Translations under genes and position numbers: made by a program
The notes under the pieces: generated by a model
Told to the model about the DNA's origin: nothing
The model's database searches: none
Seen by the model: the letters and a program-made list of their open reading frames with translations, nothing else
Shown: positions 25,381 to 38,200 of the stretch, piece after piece
Layout: every line of letters begins with the position of its first letter
Position numbering within the stretch: the stretch's first letter is position 1
Assembly (NCBI GenBank): GCA_965644265.1
Contig: OZ286471.1
Coordinates: forward strand, 84,196,001-84,260,000
DNA length: 64,000 nucleotides
Source of the DNA: Glycera tridactyla
Lineage: Eukaryota
Direction: 5' to 3'

Positions 25381-28300
25381 TTACTCTCTGTTGTTGTTCT
25401 TTTCTCTTTTTCTTGCTTTTTCATCCCATACTCTGTAGATATCTTTTAAGTATTTTTCATTCTCTTCCGACTTATCTGATAGTATCACCTTGATGCTCCT
25501 CTGTATCCCTTTGTTTCTCTCATTCCTTTCATCATCACAAAGTTTCTCCGTTACTGTACATTTGAGTAGCATATGTTTAATGCTACCTTTCTCTTGTAGG
25601 CATGCTCTACACAACTTCTGTTCATCTTTTTCCAGTGTACATTATTTAGCCGTAGTCTGGTCATTATTTCGCTCTCTTCAGAGTCATCTTTGTAATTTTC
25701 TCTCCCTGCTAGTTCTGTTTTTGGGTAGTCCTCCAGTGACTTCAACGCCATCATTTCTGCTTTCCATCCTTTGATCTCCCATTCACCTTTTTTTTTATTG
25801 ACGTACCTCTTCCACTCATTTATCTGTCTCATGTCTTTCCATCTATCCAGGTCCACTTCCACTTTATCTGCTGCACTTTCTATTTCTATCAGCCATTTGC
25901 TTTCTTTGGTTGCCTGTATGTTCTTCCATATTTTTTTACCCATCTTGTGTCGTCCATGAATGCAATTTCCCCATAATAGTTTAACTTTCTTCTCATCACT
26001 TCGCTTTCAATTGTCGTCCATCCTAGTTCTCCCCTTACTCCTGCTGTTGGCATTCCTGAGTTTCCCTTCAGTATCCATCTTCCAATTTCGCCTTGTAGGC
26101 TCTCCAGTTTCTTCAGCTCTGTTTTGTTTATCGGTATCGCTTCACATGCATAGAGTAGTGCTGGTTTGGCTTCCCCTTTCCACAATGCACCTGCTGTCCA
26201 TATTCTATTCATCCCATCATTTGCGATAATCTTAATTGCATTCAATTTGCTATTGCCATTTTTCATCTGTTCTTTCATGTGGTCTTTGAACATGCTACGG
26301 CTTTTGTTCAGATGCACTCCTAGATATTTGACATGTCTGTTTCCTCCATCTTGACCTTTCCATTGTCTCCTTGGATTTCCCACTTTTTCCTTCCTTTATC
26401 TGTTGTTTTCATTTTCATGACCTGGCTTTTTTCCTCGTTTATCTCCAGCTTTCATTCTACTGCAAATAGGACCACTTCTCTCATCAACCTCTCCATATCT
26501 TCATCAGATCTTGCCATTAGTACTATGTCATCTGCGAAAAACAATGCAGGGATCATGACCTCTCCTGATTTTACTCCTAACTTGGTGTTTTTCAATCTTA
26601 TTCCCAATTCACTCATAAATATCGCGAACAAGATGGGTGATAGTGGGCATCCTTGTTTCACCCTTACTTGTATCTCAATCCAGTCTGTCTGTTCCCCATT
26701 TACTTTCACCATGGCCTTGATTCCCTGGTACATATTTCTTATAACTTCCCAGCTATCTCCACCAAAACCTTTTTTTTGTAAGCATTTCCATAGTCCTCGT
26801 CTCCATACTCGGTCATATGCTTTTCGTAGATAGATGAAGGTCAGAAATAGTCCTTCCTTCTTACTTCTTTTCTTTTCTATTATCTCCCTTAATATAAATA
26901 TGTTATCCACTGTGCTTCTCTCTTGTCTGAATCCACTCTGGATCTCCCTGAGTATTGTGCTCTCTTCAGCTATTTTTTTCAGTCTGTTAGTGATTATTCT
27001 TGCCCCTACTTTTGCCATGTTGCTGCCAATGGATATCCCTCTGTAATTATTCAAGTCCTTTTTTGATTTGCCTTTATGTAGCAAAGTGATTCGGTCTTTT
27101 TTCCATTCTTCTGGCCACTCTCCTGTGGTCATAAACTTATTCAGTATCATTCTCAGATCTTCTTCCACTTGTTCTCCTCCACGTTTCATAAATTTGTTTG
27201 GGATTTCGTCCAGTCCCCACGCTTTTCCATTTCTCAGCTGGTGCAGTGTTTTTCTTAGTTCTTCTCTGGAGACTTGATCTCTCATTTTTTTTGTCCACTC
27301 TCTGTTTGTTTGGGTCTCTTCCTCATGCAGCTCTGAATCTCCAGTTTGTCTATCTTTTGTAGCCAATTTTTTTATATGGTCCTCAATCCTTCTGAGTATT
27401 TCTCTGTCGTCAGTCACTAGTCCACCATCTATCTCCAAGGATCTCACTTCTCTCTCGTTTGCTACTCCTCTTGCCATTCCCCACAAAGTGGTACTGCTCA
27501 TTCCTCCTTCCCTAATTACTCTTTCATTCCATTTGTCCTTTAGCCTTAGTTGCCTTTTCCTTCTCTCTGTTGCTAGTTTCTGCTGGATTTCCCTGTATCT
27601 TTCCCAATTATACATGATCTTATCTTCTAATCCCTCTTTTTGCGATAGCTTCCATCTTCTTCCTAATTCATTTCTTTGTTTCCTGAGTTTCTTTAATTTC
27701 CTTGGCTCATTCTGTTTGCCATATTTCTTTTTTCCAATGGTTCTGTGTGCTGTCTGTATCATTGCTTCTGTCACCTTTCTCACCATCTCATTACATGATG
27801 TTTTACTATCGCTTCTTGATTCTGCTCTGATTTCTCCATTTCTTTCCTGGAACTTTGACCAATCTGTTTCTTTTTTCAAATTCCAGCCTGCTTCTTTTTG
27901 TACTTTTTCCTCTCCGTTCGCATTTGAATCTTCGTTTCTATAAAATTATGATCAGATCCTATTGACAGTGAACCTTCGTGGTCTATCCAAACACTAGAGA
28001 TCTTTTCACATATTGCTTGTGTGCCTATGACATAATCTATGATTGACTTCTGGTTTCTCCGTCCCCATGTCCATTTTCCTACACACTTTTCTGAGCTATT
28101 CATGATTTCTAGGTTCAGCTCTTCCACCAATTCTTCTATCATACTGCCATTTATGTTGGTTTTTGGTCCATCCTCGTTTCGCTGATCCTCTATTCGGGTG
28201 TTCAGGTCTCCGATTAATAAGCAGTCCTCTCCTTTTCCTGTGATCTTAATCATCTCCCTTCTTGCTGCGTGTACAATTTCTCTGTTTCTATCATGGTGTT

Positions 28301-29331
28301 CTTTCTTTTCTGTGCCCAAATATGTACATATCAGTGTTATTTCTGCATTTTCTGTTTTAGTGTCACTGCTATTATGTCACTCTTTTTTTCCATCTCCCTC
28401 TCATAGCTCTTCAGCTCTTCTTTCACTAGGATTGCAACACCTCCCCTTTCTTTTCTCCGTCTCTCCTGTTTTTCATGTATGTCTTGTAGCGTTTCAATTG
28501 TTTTCCCTTACTCCCTTCTCTCCAATGTGTCTCTGTCAAGCATAGCATATCTACCTTTCTTTTCATTGTTATCTCTTTTAGAGTATCCCATTCCCTACTG
28601 GATTTACCCTCAATATTATTATACAGAATACATTATTGTGAATGTTCACTCACCTGTTTTTTTCTCTTGTTTCTCTTCCTGTATCTTTTCTTCTTTACCC
28701 CGGGTTCACCATCCGTGCTAACCATGTTTCTTGTCTGTTGTTTGTCTGAGGCCTCTCTAATCTGTTGCAGCATACCGATGTCCCTCTTTGAGTCTTGTCG
28801 GTCTTTCCCATCACTGCTATCCATGATTTGGTTCCTTTTCCTCATATTTCTCCCATTTTTTCTGTCTGTATTGAGATTTTCCATACTTATGTCTCCTCCG
28901 AGACATCTTTCTTCGTTTATAATATCCCCACTGGTTCTGTCCATATTGATTCTGTCCATACTGCTGCTATCCATATTCCATCTCTCCTATGTTCTGTCCA
29001 TACTGATTCTATCCATACTCGATCTCTGTTTAGTTCTGTCCCTACTGATTCTATCCATACTTGATCTCTCCTTAGTTCTGTCCATACTTGATCTCTCCTT
29101 AGTTCTGTCCATACTGATACCATCCATACTCGATCTCTCGTGTGTTCTGTCCATACTGATACTATCCATACTTGATCTCTCATGTGTTCTGTCCATTCTG
29201 ATATTATCCATACTTGATCTCTCTCCAACCATTCTATCCATCATTTGTCTATCTACATTCCTACTACTACTATATACATTGTCTGTCTTTCTTCTATCTG
29301 TACTCAGTTTTTTGCTCCCCTTGCCTGCCAC
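25381..29331 (-). pseudogene. RTEX-like ORF2 (repeat-rich N-terminal extension, APE, RT, CCHC), multiple stops and frameshifts
   Basis: Segments 28987-29331 and 28633-28974 and the APE start (CILYNNIEG at 28632) lie in one frame separated by TAG and TAA. They are followed by ORFs 27876-28319, 26452-27879, 25889-26383, 25551-25943 and 25381-25614. Confidence 0.88.
28935..29222 (-). repeat. 42-bp coding tandem repeat (RSSMDxISMDRTxE, about 6-7 units)
   Basis: Visible in the translation of ORFs 28987-29331 and 28633-28974. Confidence 0.9.
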
Positions 29332-30287
29332 AGTCTACATGCTGCCTCTCCATGGCCTTTCACTCCACAATGTCCGCACATCCTGAATCTCATGATACAA
29401 CCTGGCGCTTTGTGTCTATTGTCACCACACAGCTTGCAGACCTCTCCTCTTTCCATCCTACATCTCCTGTCCGTACTCATATGCTCTCTTGAACCACATC
29501 TAAAACATCTGCTGTATGTCAGTTGTTGCAGGGTTGATCTGTGTTCACTATTCAACATATTTTCTTCGATATCCAATTTCTTTACCGCTTCAGTAACTAT
29601 TGGTCTCTCATACTCAAACTTCAGATGTGTCCCGTCCGTCCTCTGATCCCACAATAATTCTCCATAAGTTAGTCCTCTTTCTCTTTGGAACTCCCTCTGG
29701 TGCTGTATTCTGCTGACGTAATCTCCTCCTCTCTTGTTAATCTCATCGTGTAGCATCTCATCTATGTTCTCCATTTCTTCCTCGTCTAGTTTCTCTGCAA
29801 AAGCTGGTCCCATGATGACTATCTCTTTATTTTTGTCCCTTGCCCAGTTCACAAACTCCATATTTACTCGCAGAACTCTGTTCGCCTCTTCATGTAGCTC
29901 TTCCAACTTTTCTGCTGTTCTTCTCTTTCCTTTAGATACATCGAGGAGGTTGTTTGTTCCCAGGCTCATAACCAATGCATCCACTTTGTTCTTCCATTTA
30001 TCCAGGTCGGTCACTGCTCTGATCTCTTCTGCTCTAAAACCTCTGTAAATCCTCACGTTGTCGTCCCATCCTTGTTTTTCCATCGTTCCTATAGCCTCAT
30101 CATCTTGGATCAATACTTTCAGAGTGCTATCTCCAATAAACAGTACTTTCTTTTCATTTGCGAATTTTACTTTGCTCTTTCCTCTTTCATTTCCACAGTA
30201 CCTCTTGTCTGACCTCTCTCTTGACTTCGACCTCTCTCTTTTTCTTCTTAAGATTTCTGTGAAATTCTTTTCGTACTGGCTCTCCAT
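29304..30287 (-). CDS. RTEX-like ORF1: SGNH hydrolase (esterase) with three zinc knuckles, 327 aa, open
   Basis: FIGDST (block I), SLGTNN (block III), DGTHL (block V); CFRCGSREHMSTDRRC, CKLCGDNRHKAPGC, CGHCGVKGHGEAAC. Confidence 0.85.
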   Translation of the reverse strand: MESQYEKNFTEILRRKRERSKSRERSDKRYCGNERGKSKVKFANEKKVLFIGDSTLKVLIQDDEAIGTMEKQGWDDNVRIYRGFRAEEIRAVTDLDKWKNKVDALVMSLGTNNLLDVSKGKRRTAEKLEELHEEANRVLRVNMEFVNWARDKNKEIVIMGPAFAEKLDEEEMENIDEMLHDEINKRGGDYVSRIQHQREFQRERGLTYGELLWDQRTDGTHLKFEYERPIVTEAVKKLDIEENMLNSEHRSTLQQLTYSRCFRCGSREHMSTDRRCRMERGEVCKLCGDNRHKAPGCIMRFRMCGHCGVKGHGEAACRLWQARGAKN

Positions 30288-30794
30288 GGTAACATCATGA
30301 TCATCTATTCATCAGTGACAGGTCTGATGCAAGCAAGGCACAATCATATGCCTGCGATTGAATTTTGAATGCTCTACTTTTAATTTTGTATGTGCGAGAA
30401 CAGTTGATGCTAGAGTGTCTGAAACATATCACTTCTAGACAATATGATATTTCATGTAGTTGAACTCCTGAATAATGTTTATCATCGAATAGGACAGTGC
30501 TATATGGAAGGCAGCTATATCCACACATTTCAAGAGTCATTCCACATTGTGTGTTCATGTCTGTTGCAGTAATGGCATTGGAATCTGGTTGGCGATGGCT
30601 GCTGCAACTCAGGGCTCAGAGTAAATCAAATTAGATCTCCATCAGAGGGCGAGAAGAAGAGGTTGTTAACAATGTTAATGGTGCCTGGCAGTCAATCCAC
30701 TAACACCCTGGTCAAAATTAAGACCAGGGCTGTTGTCATCGTACACATATATCCCATGATCTATGTGATACTTGCATTCTGGACAAACAAACAC

Positions 30795-31145
30795 GCTATA
30801 CCCCCCCCCACACACACACACACACACACAAACACACAAACACATTGGGGCCTGGTCTGTCCACAGTTGGTCCTTGATAATATGAGTAAGAAACTAATGG
30901 ATGTTTTGAAGTGATGAGAATAATGCATACAGATAAGGAGATCATTTTGGTCGTTCATAATTGAATTCCTGCCCTCTGAATCACATCGAGATAACATGAG
31001 CCCCCCCCCCCCCCCCCCCCCGATTGAGATGATATTGCCTGGATGTAATTTTAAACTATTCTGTCAGAATGGAAACATTACATGGATCATTTCTTTATTC
31101 ATGCCCTCTGAATACCTTAGCATTCGATTCAATAACAGCATCATC

Positions 31146-31190
<45 letters not shown>

Positions 31191-31255
31191 TTTGTCATCG
31201 TCATTGTCACTGTTTGTATCGCGATCGTCACCATCATCATGATGGTCGTTATCGT
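30795..31255. repeat. (CA)n, poly-C and (CAT)n simple repeats
   Basis: Direct reading at ~30805-30845, ~31000-31021 and ~31140-31250. Confidence 0.95.
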
Positions 31256-31589
31256 TGCCTTTTAATCCCCGTCGTCATCTTCACCTACCATGAAGGCATC
31301 ACTGAAACCATGCATTCATGACTCCCCCGATCAATTTGTTACTGTGCAAAATGTATGACTGTCCAATGTTACATACAGAAGCATTCTCATGACTGGACGG
31401 TTCATGTCTCAACTGGTGTCTTTTGTGATACATTACATTTGATTATGCAAAGAATATTGGATTATGAAGCTGTTGGAAGAAGGACAGTGATGTATTTTGT
31501 CCAGAATGAAGATACATTCTGAGGACTTCAACTGATTGTTCAGAGAGAATTCCATTTCATTCTCAAACACATATTCATGAAGTAACGAT

Positions 31590-34500
31590 CATGAACAGCT
31601 ATAATTCTGTCATCTGAGATGAAGCTGCCAGCTTTTTTTCCATTCAAGGACTCACCTGTGGTTTGACTGATGAGTCCTCAATTATTTTGGATGCATGAAA
31701 TGAGCAGGAAGCACCTGAGAATGGTTCCCTGAAGGATCATAGCATTTTATCACTGTATGAAAAGCCGACCATTTTTTTCAGGAAAAAGGCAGCGTGCTCA
31801 GTGAATTCATTTGGAATAACTTCCAACTAGAGTGATGAAAGAGTGGCATCGATGGCCACGGGTAACAGGAGTTTATTAGATTGTGCTGTAGGTGGCCATC
31901 GACAAATTCAATTTGGTCAGACCTAATAGGCAAATGCACTATTGTGCACAATATACATCCTCTCACCTAATGATCAAATCACGATTGTCATCTCCATGAC
32001 AATACAATCTTGATGTCAACAAATTTTATCATGATACCTCTGGAGATCAATCACCCTTCATTCTTTTCTCTGTGCAGTGCATCGCCCAAGTATCCTCATG
32101 AGGTCCATCCATCATAATAGATGATGCAATTCCTGATTGATTGTATTGACTGTCGCGAATGCATTCTCTTGTTCTGCACATCGTGAAGAAGCATTGCCAT
32201 TAGATTTGGTTGTCTGCTTAATGCTAATTACATGGGTATGCCATTGAAGCTTTATGTAAAGTATGTAGATGTGTGTCTGAACTGTCAGCTGCTGTCTGAA
32301 CAGAGAGTCGTGATCATGTCACTATCAGTTGACCGACGAATTCCCACGATGTTTGCAGATTCACCAGGTAAATCCAATGGACTCAAGAGTATTTGATATC
32401 AGGGTTGATACAAGTTGTCCATTTTAATTCCATAGGATTCAGCAACTCGGTGGTCAAGCCCACATTTTTCATCGGCCATACAAATTGGTTCTCGTGAAAT
32501 TTCTATAAAATTTAGTGGTTCCGGTGGGCCAGTATTTTTTTGAATACCAGGTATGGATCATTCGATTATTTGATATCTTACAACTTATACCTGACGGAAA
32601 AAGTGACCAGTATATCGCTACTGGTACCTGTCTTGAATTTGGAGCCCTCAAGAGAGTTATCTTCAAAAGCCTCTGGAAAGTGACAAATATATTTCTACTA
32701 GTACCTGTCTTGAATTTGAAACCCTCAGTAGAGTCATCTCCAAAAGCCTCAGAATCCATTTCACCATTCGTATTTTCGGTCATTCATTCTACTCAGCAGT
32801 GCCGTGGGAAAATGTATTGTAAATTGCTGCTGCCGCTTTGAGTTTCATGTAAATCAATTCGGGTGTCAAATAAAAAGGTAGCAAGAAGCTGTTAAGAAGT
32901 TGATGGTGCTCAGTAGTCAAATTCATTCGCACTTTGGTTGACATTACGACCAAACTTTTTCGACTAAACGCATATATTTCAATCTAGGTATACACTGTTG
33001 ACTGAAGGGAATGGCTAGAATCTTAGGGACATGAACAAGACTGACATTTGGCTCCCTGAACAAACACATGCAAGCAGATTCACTGTAATGAATACCGCGA
33101 AGATACTCTCCAGAGGCTTCCCTGCACCAGAATGCATTTTCAAATTGGGCATATGAATATCTGTATTGTGATATGGTATCTGTAATTCGACATAATTATC
33201 CATCACTCGAAGCATCCTCTTCGTCTAAATCCCACTTCTCACCAAATTCAATATCCTAGTATAAAGTATGCAATAAGCAATGAAGTTGCTTTTCCCTGCA
33301 TCTATGAGTCCGAATGATAAACAAATATAGAACTTCTCTCCCTGAAATCATCTGGCAAAACACAGAATATATTCAGAAAACTGGAGCTTCTACCGACATC
33401 TTTCTTCTATACATACCAAAGCCATGCGAATGGGAGTTGTTTTATACCCAAGAGACATTAGGTTTGAGAACAAGGTTCAATGCAGGAAAGATGAGGAGTT
33501 ATTTGTGTATCCAAGATATGTATTTCATAGTTCAAATTCAACCTCTGTATGATTGCATTCTGACTATTTTAGTCAAACAAGTGACCTTCCCTATAACAAC
33601 TCAGATAGGGATAAGTTTTTGGCCGCAAACTGGTGTCACTATGTGTTTTGTCACTCAGGCATAATCGGAACCAGTTCAAAATTCTAAAATTGGAAAAGTA
33701 CACAATTGAATCGTATATAATCATCTTTTGAGGACAAGCAGAGATCCAAAATATGTCACCAAAGAAAAGATTGGGGACCATGTGGTTATGTTCATGAAGA
33801 GGATTAAACAGCCTGACTGCTTGATTGACAGTAGCAGGTATTCCTGTGATAGGGTGGCTGTAGTCATGTGATAATGGCTGAAAATAATGAGATGCTCCCC
33901 AGCTGCCAAATCATCCTGAATACAATGTAGGTGAGGTGGAACCCTCTGGAGTTATGAAAGCCTGTCACACAGTCCATGCCCGATTTTCATTCATCACCTA
34001 GTATTGTGATCGCGGTGACTCATGTATAATGAAGGACATGGAAGGAAGCTGACACTTCATGGAGATGCATGAGATGAACAAGGTCATTCAGGTGTTATCA
34101 AAGATGTCTTCTTACTGTCTTGGATGCCAGGGTCCCATATCATCATTGAAATTGAACATCAGTTCTCTCTCTCTGCCTCTCTCTCTCTCTGTCTCTCTCT
34201 GTCTCTCTCTCCCTCTCTCTCTCCCTCTCTCTCTCCCTCTCTCTCTCTCTTGAGATTGGATCATATNNNNNNNNNNNNNNNNNNNNNNNNNNNNNNNNNN
34301 NNNNNNNNNNNNNNNNNNNNNNNNNNNNNNNNNNNNNNNNNNNNNNNNNNNNNNNNNNNNNNNNNNNNNNNNNNNNNNNNNNNNNNNNNNNNNNNNNNNN
34401 NNNNNNNNNNNNNNNNNNNNNNNNNNNNNNNNNNNNNNNNNNNNNNNNNNNNNNNNNNNNNNNNNNNNNNNNNNNNNNNNNNNNNNNNNNNNNNNNNNNN

Positions 34501-37500
34501 NNNNNNNNNNNNNNNNNNNNNNNNNNNNNNNNNNNNNNNNNNNNNNNNNNNNNNNNNNNNNNNNNNNNNNNNNNNNNNNNNNNNNNNNNNNNNNNNNNNN
34601 NNNNNNNNNNNNNNNNNNNNNNNNNNNNNNNNNNNNNNNNNNNNNNNNNNNNNNNNNNNNNNNNNNNNNNNNNNNNNNNNNNNNNNNNNNNNNNTGTGTA
34701 TGTGTGTAAGTATTCGTGTATGTGTAGCAGTGTGCATGAGAGAAGGGGCAGGGCAAAGAAGGGAAGAACAAGAGCGACGCTGAGAGGGAGGGAATCGTTG
34801 TTATGGCATATATAGAGGGAAACGTGACTTCTGGGCATAAAGGGTTAGGTTAGGAGCTTCTCATGAAAGTTATACAGCTGCCAGAGAGCACATTGACAAT
34901 CTATGATTCACATGTCTGAGCACGATAAATAAATCGTGCTAGACTCATTGTCGAGCCTCTCTGAGGCAGCTTGCAGCTGTATGGCTACTCTACTCATTCC
35001 TCACCATTCATAGTGTTTGTATCCTCATGCTGTTTCAACTTTCTTTTTTTCCGTACTGTCTCTCTTCCTGTTTTTTTCTGATTTCTAATTCAAATGGCAA
35101 AAAACGGACAGGTGTGTTAGCGGCTTTAGAGGGTAGGCCCACTATATATGCTGGTTTTGATTTTTTGGGTCAAATGCCTATATGCAAGACAACCCTATAT
35201 AATATATCATCAATAGATATCCACATCAATCTGTTTGACACAATACAATTATTGGTAGAGCTTCATATTCATGCTTGATAATATTTTGGTAATGGCTGCA
35301 TACTTGGGCCATGACACAGAGGCACACATCTCCCAGAGATTATTCCACGAGCACGAGATTATCATTAATCCTTCAATATTATGATCGCAGTATTGCATAT
35401 GTAATGAGGAGGGTCAGAATGAGAGGCTGCCACTTCATCGAGATACATGAGAATAACAAGGCTAAACTGCTTCTCTTACACATTCATCTTCACGATCTCT
35501 CATATCAGCATCTTGTATCCTCAAGTCAGATTAACAATAGTTTCCTTTCTCTCCTGATTAGAGATTATCATTGCAGGTTCTGAGATATCCTCAGTGCGAT
35601 ACAACTCAAGGTGGTTGAAAAAAAGGTCATACCCAAACATTGCACTGATAGTCACAGACCACATGAGTGCTCTGAATCCTCAGTGTTGAGCTCAAAACAG
35701 GGATGAGCTACGCACCACCAGGTCTTTGTCTGATGTTGTGAGCGCCTGTCTGGGGACTGAAGAATGAATTGAGATCGGAGGATGGCCACTGGTTGGAGTG
35801 AGATCTACTTGGGCACTCTAACAAATTTCATGGTCGTTATTGTTAAACATGTATGAGCGAACCGAGGCAACAACCAGAATCACCCAATATCTGACTTCAC
35901 ACAATTTCTTCCCGAATAAATATCCCTTCTTATTCATTGAGAGTGAATTAGAACTCATACATGCATGGGTGACCCACAGCAACTACCCAGATCACCCATG
36001 GTCAGACAACAGACCTGCAATTAATAAGAAATGAATGTAATTTCATGCCAAGGATATGCGGCGATTAATTTAGGGTGATCATGAATCCACCAATCTTAGG
36101 ATATCATCTGTCAATGCTCGAAATATGACTTCAATCAAGAATGATGAATATTGAATATGTCTCCTACTACAGGACTCTCATATACTGAAAAGGATCTGGA
36201 GGAAGCAGATCTTTGTGTGATATGTGTGAGGAGAAAGAAGGGTTGTTGCTATCTCGTGAGATTTCCCCCAGCCATTGCCATTTTGGACCCTTTGAAATTT
36301 GATATGCAAAGAACGTGAGTGAATTGATGTTGCATCTATCTGGGCATTATCTTCGTTAATGGCATGTGGATCACCTGTCCGTCTGCTGGCGTCTGATTAC
36401 TTCACATCATCTCTCCCCATCTAACCACACATCTTTCCTCTCACATTCTTTCAAGATAGGCTGATTGGCTGGCTGGTTGATTGGTTGGTTTGTTGATTGG
36501 CTGGGCAGTCAGTCAGTTGGTTGTTCCAAGCCGAACGATCATGTATACTGCGTGCTGCTCATCCCCGAAAGCTTTATCTTCTGCCCCCCTGCCCCCTTCG
36601 AAATACGTACTGAAACAGAAACATTTTCAAAAATCAATAATATATCAGAAGAGTTGTTTTCAGAGCATGCATTACACTCCCTGGCAAACATTAGGTACCA
36701 TTCGGCGAGCTAAAATCGAAATTAAGGCATCACATCTCCAAAAACAATTCATTAAAAGAATCAAGATGAACTATATTCGGTAACCAGGCACTAGGGGAGG
36801 AATATACGGCATTTGGTCCCACAGGTATCATCTACTCCTCTCATCTTGTTTCCTGTATGTAGACATCACTCTCACGAACCCCAACACAATATGGGGGGGG
36901 GGGGGTTATAAGGAGCATTGTTAATCGAAAAACGTCTGACAGTTCAGAACCACCCTCTCATGTCTGAAGTGAGCCTGAATGGATCTACTGACGGTGTAGT
37001 CAAGTATAAGACTAGCTGGACGCTTACACTCAGGCCTGTAGCAGTATTCGCATACCCAACAATACATGTGACTCGAGCTATGAGATCCTCTGTCGCAGAT
37101 CACATCAATGATTATGTTTCCTCCCGTTTAGTAACACTTCCAGCCAGCTGCATGATCAAATATGACTTTCTTGGGTCCAGTATATTTCTGTGGAGTTCTT
37201 AGACACACGTTTGAGCCGTGAACCACTTCCACTTGGCAACCTTCCCAGTTGCTAATTTTTTTATGCTCTGAATTCATCAAGAATGATGTTCTCTGTGCAG
37301 AGAGCATCCAACTTTCATAGATCAGGAAAACATGGCCTCCATAACTACTTGTTTGATTTATTCAATTTAATATGATCCAATTAATCAGTCTAAATACATG
37401 AACGATGCAGTCATTTGAAACTTCAAAAGATGATATTGTCGGAGAGTACGGCGACATTTGGTCTCCAGTGTATCATCAACTCTTTTTATCTTCATATATC

Positions 37501-38200
37501 CCCTCTGATGCCGATGTGGAATCAGTAAGTACGGGACTATAGTTGATAAATGGTCCTCCTGATTCAAAGACATCTTGATGTGACGAAGAAGATCAACACT
37601 ATGAATCGCATAAGCCATTTATTCTTTACAGGTTGAAAATTCAATTCACTGACCGACGGACGATTTTATTCTACCATCATTTTCATCATCATCGTTGTAG
37701 TCATTGTCGTCGTCGTCGTCGTCCTCATAATATTTCAGTACATCGAACATGTTTAGTCATTCACTGAAGTCTGGGACATTGCCCATCGTTTGATGTTAGC
37801 TATACACCATACCTGTGTGTCTGTAGCGGTATGTGGATGCACACATATGACTCCAGCTGCTGTCGGACAGTGTCATATAGTGGCCGTTTAGATGCGACAC
37901 ATCACTTAAGGCGTGAGATATGGTGCCAGCAAATGCCACGGCATCCATCGGAAACCCGCAATATACGGCCTTTATTGGATCGTCTTCCTTCTCTGTATTC
38001 TCTATACTCCTGTCATAAAGAACCAGCTCCTGTCACCCATCTGTCTCTGTCCTCCAGGAGAGGAATTCAGGTGGAAGACGGGCGCATATCTCAAACGGCA
38101 TGCGGAGTTCATTCTCTGCAACCATGGCAGGATCATTCGAGACCGAGATTATGGTTGGGTCTGACATATAGATTGGCAAAAATATTGGACTGAACGAAAT
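31590..38200. repeat. Duplication unit B (blocks j-k-a-c-d-e); lacks ~1.3 kb present in unit A (A 7775-9085)
   Basis: 31780-32300 is colinear with 43040-43510; 32815-33000 with 52065-52250; 33010-38200 with 6018-12060. Confidence 0.92.
37813..38115 (-). pseudogene. Putative 303-nt phase 1-1 exon of a decayed host gene, one in-frame TGA
   Basis: Acceptor ttgcag| and donor G|gtatgg. The AG and GT are conserved in paralogs 11849-11957 and 57069-57370. The frame is open apart from TGA at 38033-38035. Confidence 0.55.

Larger units (their letters stand above)
25246..30310 (-). mobile_element. Near full-length RTEX-like non-LTR retrotransposon with (CA)n 3' tail
   Basis: ORF1 has an esterase plus three CCHC-type knuckles. 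ORF2 has APE (ILYNNIEG, LCLTETHW, KGGGVAILV, GDLN, SDH), RT (RKAYDRVWR, VKQGCPLSP, FFADD, YLGV), post-RT GVRGELG and C-terminal Cx2Cx8Hx4C. The (GT)n at 25246-25270 abuts the 3'UTR. Clade assignment is from motifs only. Confidence 0.85.

Noticed and set aside
28667-29386. 239-aa hydrophobic + strand ORF (LSILILSILD repeats) and the other + strand ORFs over 25247-30300
   Set aside because: Antisense shadows of the purine-rich RTEX coding strand and its 42-bp repeat.
25200-30340. Target-site duplication for the RTEX-like element
   Set aside because: Only a weak match (tctgatcttccaa vs tctgatgcaagcaa); not convincing.
34112-34838. ORFs over 150 aa spanning N runs (also 40736-41624, 41776-42357, 20794-21219, 23009-23497)
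   Set aside because: Artefacts of assembly gaps translated as X.
38033-38035. Selenocysteine reading of the TGA shared by three exon copies
   Set aside because: The other copies have extra stops, deletions and frameshifts; no SECIS or redox motif was seen; an ancestral nonsense mutation is simpler.
37913-38164. TNFR-like reading (signal/TM-like stretch plus CPPGEEF) on the + strand
   Set aside because: The paralogs have stops in this frame, the cysteine spacing does not continue, and the conserved splice sites are on the minus strand.
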